This document shows positions 54,418-64,000 of a stretch of DNA of 64,000 nt, one piece after another. The notes beneath the pieces are model-generated. The model was not told the origin of the DNA. It ran no database searches and saw only the letters and a list, made by a program, of their open reading frames with translations. This DNA is from Eledone cirrhosa. Taxonomy: Eukaryota. How positions within the stretch are numbered: the first letter of the stretch is position 1; every line of letters starts with the position of its first letter. The stretch lies in contig OZ024761.1 in assembly GCA_964016885.1 (NCBI GenBank), positions 13,268,001 to 13,332,000 on the forward strand, given 5' to 3'. The position numbers were made by a program, and so were the translations under genes.

Positions 54418-57400
54418 TACACACTACCACGAAGCCCCCAATACACACTACCACGAAGGCCCCAATACACACTACCACGAAGGCCCCAATACACACTACC
54501 ACGAAGGCCCCAATACACACTACCACAAAGGCCCCAATACACACTACCACAAAGGCCCCAATACACACTACCACAAAGGCCCCAATACACACTACCACGA
54601 AGCCCCCAATACACACTACCACGAAGGCCCCAATACACACTACCACGAAGGCCCCAATACACACTACCACAAAGGCCCCAATACACACTACCACGAAGGC
54701 CCCAATACACACTACCACAAAGGCCCCAATACACACTACCATGAAGCCCCCAATACACACTACCACGAAGGCCCCAATACACACTACCATGGAGGCCCCA
54801 ATACACACTACCACAAAGGCCCCAATACACACTACCATGAAGCCCCCAATACACACTACCACGAAGGCCCCAATACACACTACCACGAAGGCCCCAATAC
54901 ACACTACCACGAAGGCCCCAATACACACTACCACGAAGGCCCCAATACACACTACCACGAAGGCCCCAATACACACTACCACGAAGGCCCCAATACACAC
55001 TACCACGAAGGCCCCAATACACACTACCACGAAGGCCCCAATACACACTACCATGGAGGCCCCAATACACACTACCACAAAGCCCCCAATACACACTACC
55101 ACAAAGGCCCCAATACACACTACCACGAAGGCCCCAATACACACTACCACGAAGGCCCCAATACACACTACCATGGAGGCCCCAATACACACTACCACAA
55201 AGCCCCCAATACACACTACCACAAAGCCCCCAATACACACTACCACAAAGGCCCCAATACACACTACCACAAAGGCCCCAATACACACTACCACAAAGGC
55301 CCCAATACACACTACCACAAAGGCCCCAATACACACTACCACAAAGGCCCCAATACACACTACCACAAAGCCCCCAATACACACTACCACAAAGGCCCCA
55401 ATACACACTACCACGGAGGCCCCAATACACACTACCACAAAGCCCCCAATACACACTACCACAAAGCCCCCAATACACACTACCACAAAGCCCCCAATAC
55501 ACACTACCACAAAGGCCCCAATACACACTACCACAAAGGCCCCAATACACACTACCACAAAGGCCCCAATACACACTACCACAAAGGCCCCAATACACAC
55601 TACCACAAAGGCCCCAATACACACTACCACAAAGCCCCCAATACACACTACCACAAAGGCCCCAATACACACTACCACGGAGGCCCCAATACACACTACC
55701 ACAAAGCCCCCAATACACACTACCACAAAGCCCCCAATACACACTACCACAAAGCCCCCAATACACACTACCACAAAGGCCCCAATACACACTACCACAA
55801 AGGCCCCAATACACACTACCACAAAGGCCCCAATACACACTACCACAAAGGCCCCAATACACACTACCACAAAGGCCCCAATACACACTACCACAAAGCC
55901 CCCAATACACACTACCACAAAGGCCCCAATACACACTACCACGGAGGCCCCAATACACACTACCACAAAGCCCCCAATACACACTACCACAAAGCCCCCA
56001 ATACACACTACCACAAAGGCCCCAATACACACTACCACAAAGGCCCCAATACACACTACCACAAAGGCCCCAATACACACTACCACAAAGGCCCCAATAC
56101 ACACTACCACAAAGGCCCCAATACACACTACCACAAAGGCCCCAATACAAACTACCACAAAGGCCCCAATACACACTACCACAAAGGCCCCAATACACAC
56201 TACCACGGAGGCCCCAATACACACTACCACAAAGGCTCCAATACAAACTACCACAAAGGCCCCAATACACACTACCACAAAGGCCCCAATACACACTACC
56301 ACGGAGGCCCCAATACACACTACCACAAAGGCCCCAATACACACTACCACAAAGGCCCCAATACACACTACCACAAAGCCCCCAATACACACTACCACAA
56401 AGCCCCCAATACACACTACCACAAAGCCCCCAATACACACTACCACAAAGGCCCCAATACACACTACCACAAAGGCCCCAATACACACTACCACGGAGGC
56501 CCCAATACACACTACCACAAAGGCCCCAATACACACTACCACGGAGGCCCCAATACACACTACCACAAAGGCCCCAATACACACTACCACAAAGCCCCCA
56601 ATACACACTACCACAAAGCCCCCAATACACACTACCACAAAGCCCCCAATACACACTACCACAAAGCCCCCAATACACACTACCACAAAGGCCCCAATAC
56701 ACACTACCACAAAGGCCCCAATACACACTACCACGGAGGCCCCAATACACACTACCACAAAGGCCCCAATACACACTACCACAAAGGCCCCAATACACAC
56801 TACCACAAAGGCCCCAATACACACTACCACAAAGGCCCCAATACACACTACCACGGAGGCCCCAATACACACTACCACAAAGGCTCCAATACAAACTACC
56901 ACAAAGGCCCCAATACACACTACCACAAAGGCCCCAATACACACTACCACGGAGGCCCCAATACACACTACCACAAAGGCCCCAATACACACTACCACAA
57001 AGGCCCCAATACACACTACCACAAAGCCCCCAATACACACTACCACAAAGCCCCCAATACACACTACCACAAAGCCCCCAATACACACTACCACAAAGGC
57101 CCCAATACACACTACCACAAAGGCCCCAATACACACTACCACGGAGGCCCCAATACACACTACCACAAAGGCCCCAATACACACTACCACGGAGGCCCCA
57201 ATACACACTACCACAAAGGCCCCAATACACACTACCACAAAGCCCCCAATACACACTGCCACAAAGCCCCCAATACACACTACCACAAAGCCCCCAATAC
57301 ACACTACCACAAAGCCCCCAATACACACTACCACAAAGGCCCCAATACACACTACCACAAAGGCCCCAATACACACTACCACGGAGGCCCCAATACACAC

Positions 57401-60400
57401 TACCACAAAGGCCCCAATACACACTACCACAAAGGCCCCAATACACACTACCACAAAGGCCCCAATACACACTACCACGGAGGCCCCAATACACACTACC
57501 ACAAAGGCTCCAATACACACTACCACAAAGGCCCCAATACACACTACCACAAAGGCCCCAATACACACTACCACGGAGGCCCCAATACACACTACCACGG
57601 AGGCCCCAATACACACTACCACAAAGCCCCCAATACACACTACCACAAAGCCCCCAATACACACTACCACAAAGGCCCCAATACACACTACCACAAAGGC
57701 CCCAATACACACTACCACGGAGGCCCCAATACACACTACCACAAAGCCCCCAATACACACTACCACAAAGGCCCCAATACACACTACCACAAAGCCCCCA
57801 ATACACACTACCACAAAGGCCCCAATACACACTACCACAAAGCCCCCAATACACACTACCACAAAGGCCCCAATACACACTACCACGGAGGCCCCAATAC
57901 ACACTACCACAAAGGCCCCAATACACACTACCACAAAGCCTCCAATACACACTACCACAAAGCCCCCAATACACACTACCACAAAGGCCCCAATACACAC
58001 TACCACAAAGGCCCCAATACACACTACCACGAAGGCTCCAATACACACTACCACAAAGGCCCCAATACACACTACCACAAAGGCCCCAATACACACTACC
58101 ACAAAGCCCCCAATACACACTACCACAAAGGCCCCAATACACACTACCACGGAGGCCCCAATACACACTACCACAAAGCCCCCAATACACACTACCACAA
58201 AGCCCCCAATACACACTACCACAAAGGCCCCAATACACACTACCACAAAGGCCCCAATACACACTACCACGGAGGCCCCAATACACACTACCACAAAGCC
58301 CCCAATACACACTACCACAAAGGCCCCAATACACACTACCACAAAGCCCCCAATACACACTACCACAAAGGCCCCAATACACACTACCACGAAGCCCCCA
58401 ATACACACTATCACAAAGGCCCCAATACACACTACCACAAAGGCCCCAATACACACTACCACAAAGCCCCCAATACACTCTACCACAAAGCCCCCAATAC
58501 ACACTACCACAAAGCCCCCAATACACACTACCACAAAGGCCCCAATACACACTACCACAAAGGCCCCAATACACACTACCACAAAGGCCCCAATACACAC
58601 TACCACAAAGGCCCCAATACACACTACCACAAAGCCCCCAATACACACTACCACAAAGGCCCCAATACACACTACCACAAAGCCCCCAATACACACTACC
58701 ACAAAGCCCCCAATACACACTACCACAAAGCCCCCAATACACACTACCACAAAGCCCCCAATACACACTACCACAAAGGCCCCAATACACACTACCACGG
58801 AGGCCCCAATACACACTACCACAAAGGCCCCAATACACACTACCACAAAGCCCCCAATACACACTACCACAAAGCCCCCAATACACACTACCACAAAGCC
58901 CCCAATACACACTACCACAAAGCCCCCAATACACACTACCACAAAGGCCCCAATACACACTACCACAAAGGCCCCAATACACACTACCACGGAGGCCCCA
59001 ATACACACTACCACAAAGGCCCCAATACACACTACCACAAAGGCCCCAATACACACTACCACAAAGGCCCCAATACACACTACCACAAAGGCCCCAATAC
59101 ACACTACCACGGAGGCCCCAATACACACTACCACAAAGGCTCCAATACAAACTACCACAAAGGCCCCAATACACACTACCACAAAGGCCCCAATACACAC
59201 TACCACGGAGGCCCCAATACACACTACCACAAAGGCCCCAATACACACTACCACAAAGGCCCCAATACACACTACCACAAAGCCCCCAATACACACTACC
59301 ACAAAGCCCCCAATACACACTACCACAAAGCCCCCAATACACACTACCACAAAGGCCCCAATACACACTACCACAAAGGCCCCAATACACACTACCACGG
59401 AGGCCCCAATACACACTACCACAAAGGCCCCAATACACACTACCACGGAGGCCCCAATACACACTACCACAAAGGCCCCAATACACACTACCACAAAGCC
59501 CCCAATACACACTGCCACAAAGCCCCCAATACACACTACCACAAAGCCCCCAATACACACTACCACAAAGCCCCCAATACACACTACCACAAAGGCCCCA
59601 ATACACACTACCACAAAGGCCCCAATACACACTACCACGGAGGCCCCAATACACACTACCACAAAGGCCCCAATACACACTACCACAAAGGCCCCAATAC
59701 ACACTACCACAAAGGCCCCAATACACACTACCACGGAGGCCCCAATACACACTACCACAAAGGCTCCAATACACACTACCACAAAGGCCCCAATACACAC
59801 TACCACAAAGGCCCCAATACACACTACCACGGAGGCCCCAATACACACTACCACGGAGGCCCCAATACACACTACCACAAAGCCCCCAATACACACTACC
59901 ACAAAGCCCCCAATACACACTACCACAAAGGCCCCAATACACACTACCACAAAGGCCCCAATACACACTACCACGGAGGCCCCAATACACACTACCACAA
60001 AGCCCCCAATACACACTACCACAAAGGCCCCAATACACACTACCACAAAGCCCCCAATACACACTACCACAAAGGCCCCAATACACACTACCACAAAGGC
60101 CCCCAATACACACTACCACAAAGGCCCCAATACACACTACCACGGAGGCCCCAATACACACTACCACAAAGGCCCCAATACACACTACCACAAAGCCCCC
60201 AATACACACTACCACAAAGCCCCCAATACACACTACCACAAAGGCCCCAATACACACTACCACAAAGGCCCCAATACACACTACCACGAAGGCTCCAATA
60301 CACACTACCACAAAGGCCCCAATACACACTACCACAAAGGCCCCAATACACACTACCACAAAGCCCCCAATACACACTACCACAAAGGCCCCAATACACA

Positions 60401-63400
60401 CTACCACGGAGGCCCCCAATACACACTACCACAAAGCCCCCAATACACACTACCACAAAGCCCCCAATACACACTACCACAAAGGCCCCAATACACACTA
60501 CCACAAAGGCCCCAATACACACTACCACGGAGGCCCCAATACACACTACCACAAAGCCCCCAATACACACTACCACAAAGGCCCCAATACACACTACCAC
60601 AAAGCCCCCAATACACACTACCACAAAGGCCCCAATACACACTACCACGAAGCCCCCAATACACACTATCACAAAGGCCCCAATACACACTACCACAAAG
60701 GCCCCAATACACACTACCACAAAGCCCCCAATACACTCTACCACAAAGCCCCCAATACACACTACCACAAAGCCCCCAATACACACTACCACAAAGGCCC
60801 CAATACACACTACCACAAAGGCCCCAATACACACTACCACGGAGGCCCCAATACACACTACCACAAAGGCTCCAATACAAACTACCACAAAGGCCCCAAT
60901 ACACACTACCACAAAGGCCCCAATACACACTACCACGGAGGCCCCAATACACACTACCACAAAGGCCCCAATACACACTACCACAAAGGCCCCAATACAC
61001 ACTACCACAAAGCCCCCAATACACACTACCACAAAGCCCCCAATACACACTACCACAAAGCCCCCAATACACACTACCACAAAGGCCCCAATACACACTA
61101 CCACAAAGGCCCCAATACACACTACCACGGAGGCCCCAATACACACTACCACAAAGGCCCCAATACACACTACCACGGAGGCCCCAATACACACTACCAC
61201 AAAGGCCCCAATACACACTACCACAAAGCCCCCAATACACACTGCCACAAAGCCCCCAATACACACTACCACAAAGCCCCCAATACACACTACCACAAAG
61301 CCCCCAATACACACTACCACAAAGGCCCCAATACACACTACCACAAAGGCCCCAATACACACTACCACGGAGGCCCCAATACACACTACCACAAAGGCCC
61401 CAATACACACTACCACAAAGGCCCCAATACACACTACCACAAAGGCCCCAATACACACTACCACGGAGGCCCCAATACACACTACCACAAAGGCTCCAAT
61501 ACACACTACCACAAAGGCCCCAATACACACTACCACAAAGGCCCCAATACACACTACCACGGAGGCCCCAATACACACTACCACGGAGGCCCCAATACAC
61601 ACTACCACAAAGCCCCCAATACACACTACCACAAAGCCCCCATACACACTACCACAAAGGCCCCAATACACACTACCACAAAGGCCCCAATACACACTAC
61701 CACGGAGGCCCCAATACACACTACCACAAAGCCCCCAATACACACTACCACAAAGGCCCCAATACACACTACCACAAAGCCCCCAATACACACTACCACA
61801 AAGGCCCAATACACACTACCACAAAGCCCCCAATACACACTACCACAAAGGCCCCAATACACACTACCACGGAGGCCCCAATACACACTACCACAAAGGC
61901 CCCAATACACACTACCACAAAGCCCCAATACACACTACCACAAAGCCCCCAATACACACTACCACAAAGGCCCCAATACACACTACCACAAAGGCCCCAA
62001 TACACACTACCACGAAGGCTCCAATACACACTACCACAAAGGCCCCAATACACACTACCACAAAGGCCCCAATACACACTACCACAAAGCCCCCAATACA
62101 CACTACCACAAAGGCCCCAATACACACTACCACGGAGGCCCCAATACACACTACCACAAAGCCCCCAATACACACTACCACAAAGCCCCCAATACACACT
62201 ACCACAAAGGCCCCAATACACACTACCACAAAGGCCCCAATACACACTACCACGGAGGCCCCAATACACACTACCACAAAGCCCCCAATACACACTACCA
62301 CAAAGGCCCCAATACACACTACCACAAAGCCCCCAATACACACTACCACAAAGGCCCCAATACACACTACCACGAAGCCCCCAATACACACTATCACAAA
62401 GGCCCCAATACACACTACCACAAAGGCCCCAATACACACTACCACAAAGCCCCCAATACACTCTACCACAAAGCCCCCAATACACACTACCACAAAGCCC
62501 CCAATACACACTACCACAAAGGCCCCAATACACACTACCACAAAGGCCCCAATACACACTACCACAAAGGCCCCAATACACACTACCACAAAGGCCCCAA
62601 TACACACTACCACAAAGCCCCCAATACACACTACCACAAAGGCCCCAATACACACTACCACAAAGCCCCCAATACACACTACCACAAAGCCCCCAATACA
62701 CACTACCACAAAGCCCCCAATACACACTACCACAAAGCCCCCAATACACACTACCACAAAGCCCCCAATACACACTACCACAAAGCCCCCAATACACACT
62801 ACCACGGAGGCCCCAATACACACTACCACAAAGGCTCCAATACACACTACCACAAAGGCCCCAATACACACTACCACAAAGGCCCCAATACACACTACCA
62901 CGAAGCCCCCAATACACACTACCACAAAGGCCCCAATACACACTACCACAAAGCCCCCAATACACACTACCACAAAGGCCCCAATACACACTACCACAAA
63001 GGCCCCAATACACACTACCACAAAGCCCCCAATACACACTACCACAAAGGCCCCAATACACACTACCACAAAGCCCCCAATACACACTACCACAAAGCCC
63101 CCAATACACACTACCACAAAGCCCCCAATACACACTACCACAAAGGCCCCAATACACACTACCACAAAGCCCCCAATACACACTACCACAAAGGCCCCAA
63201 TACACACTACCACGAAGGCCCCAATACACACTACCACAAAGCCCCCAATACATACTACCACGAAGGCCCCAATACACACTACCACGAAGGCCCCAATACA
63301 CACTACCACGAAGGCCCCAATACACACTACCACGAAGGCCCCAATACACACTACCACAAAGGCCCCAATACACACTACCACGAAGGCCCCAATACACACT

Positions 63401-64000
63401 ACCACAAAGCCCCCAATACACACTACCACGAAGGCCCCAATACACACTACCACAAAGGCCCCAATACACACTACCACGAAGGCCCCAATACACACTACCA
63501 CAAAGCCCCTAATACACACTACCACGAAGGCCCCAATACACACTACCACAAAGCCCCCAATACACACTACCACGAAGGCCCCAATACACACTACCACGAA
63601 GGCCCCAATACACACTACCACGAAGGCCCCAATACACACTACCACGAAGGCCCCAATACACACTACCACGAAGGCCCCAATACACACTACCACAAAGGCC
63701 CCAATACACACTACCACGAAGGCCCCAATACACACTACCACGAAGGCCCCAATACACACTACCACGAAGGCCCCAATACACACTACCACAAAGCCCCCAA
63801 TACACACTACCACAAAGCCCCCAATACACACTACCACGAAGGCCCCAATACACACTACCACGAAGGCCCCAATACACACTACCACGAAGGCCCCAATACA
63901 CACTACCACGAAGGCCCCAATACACACTACCACAAAGGCCCCAATACACACTACCACAAAGGCCCCAATACACACTACCACAAAGGCCCCAATACACACT
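54418..64000. repeat. 24-bp minisatellite (ACACTACCACAAAGGCCCCAATAC)n, >9.5 kb, running off the window
   Basis: About 400 units with recurring variant patterns. Confidence 0.97.

Overview
Eukaryotic (animal) genomic DNA, very rich in repeats. The repeat landscape ((TA)n/(CA)n microsatellites, RTE LINE 3' ends with (CAT)n tails, tRNA/CORE-type SINEs) looks like a cephalopod such as octopus; this is inference only. Almost all long ORFs in the track are artefacts of micro- and minisatellites. One protein-coding gene is well supported: the last two coding exons (33032-33090 and 35038-35535, + strand) of an atypical Cdc42-like Rho GTPase. A second, tentative gene (three phase-compatible exons at 48.7, 49.8 and 53.8 kb) may encode an RRM-like protein. 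Other content includes a non-autonomous Helitron, piggyBac-, mariner- and Tigger-like MITEs (two with internal tandem amplifications), foldback elements and a >9.5 kb 24-bp minisatellite with higher-order structure. The most notable hidden signal is a dense set of type I hammerhead ribozyme motifs (CTGATGA...GAAA-palindrome-NUH). Six near-intact copies from apparently different families lie at 2.5, 32.1, 45.2, 45.6, 51.2 and 52.0 kb, plus decayed and foldback copies. They have the very short palindromic stem III typical of Penelope-like elements, and several carry unusually long structured stem II insertions. Ribozyme activity and family assignments were judged by eye and are untested.
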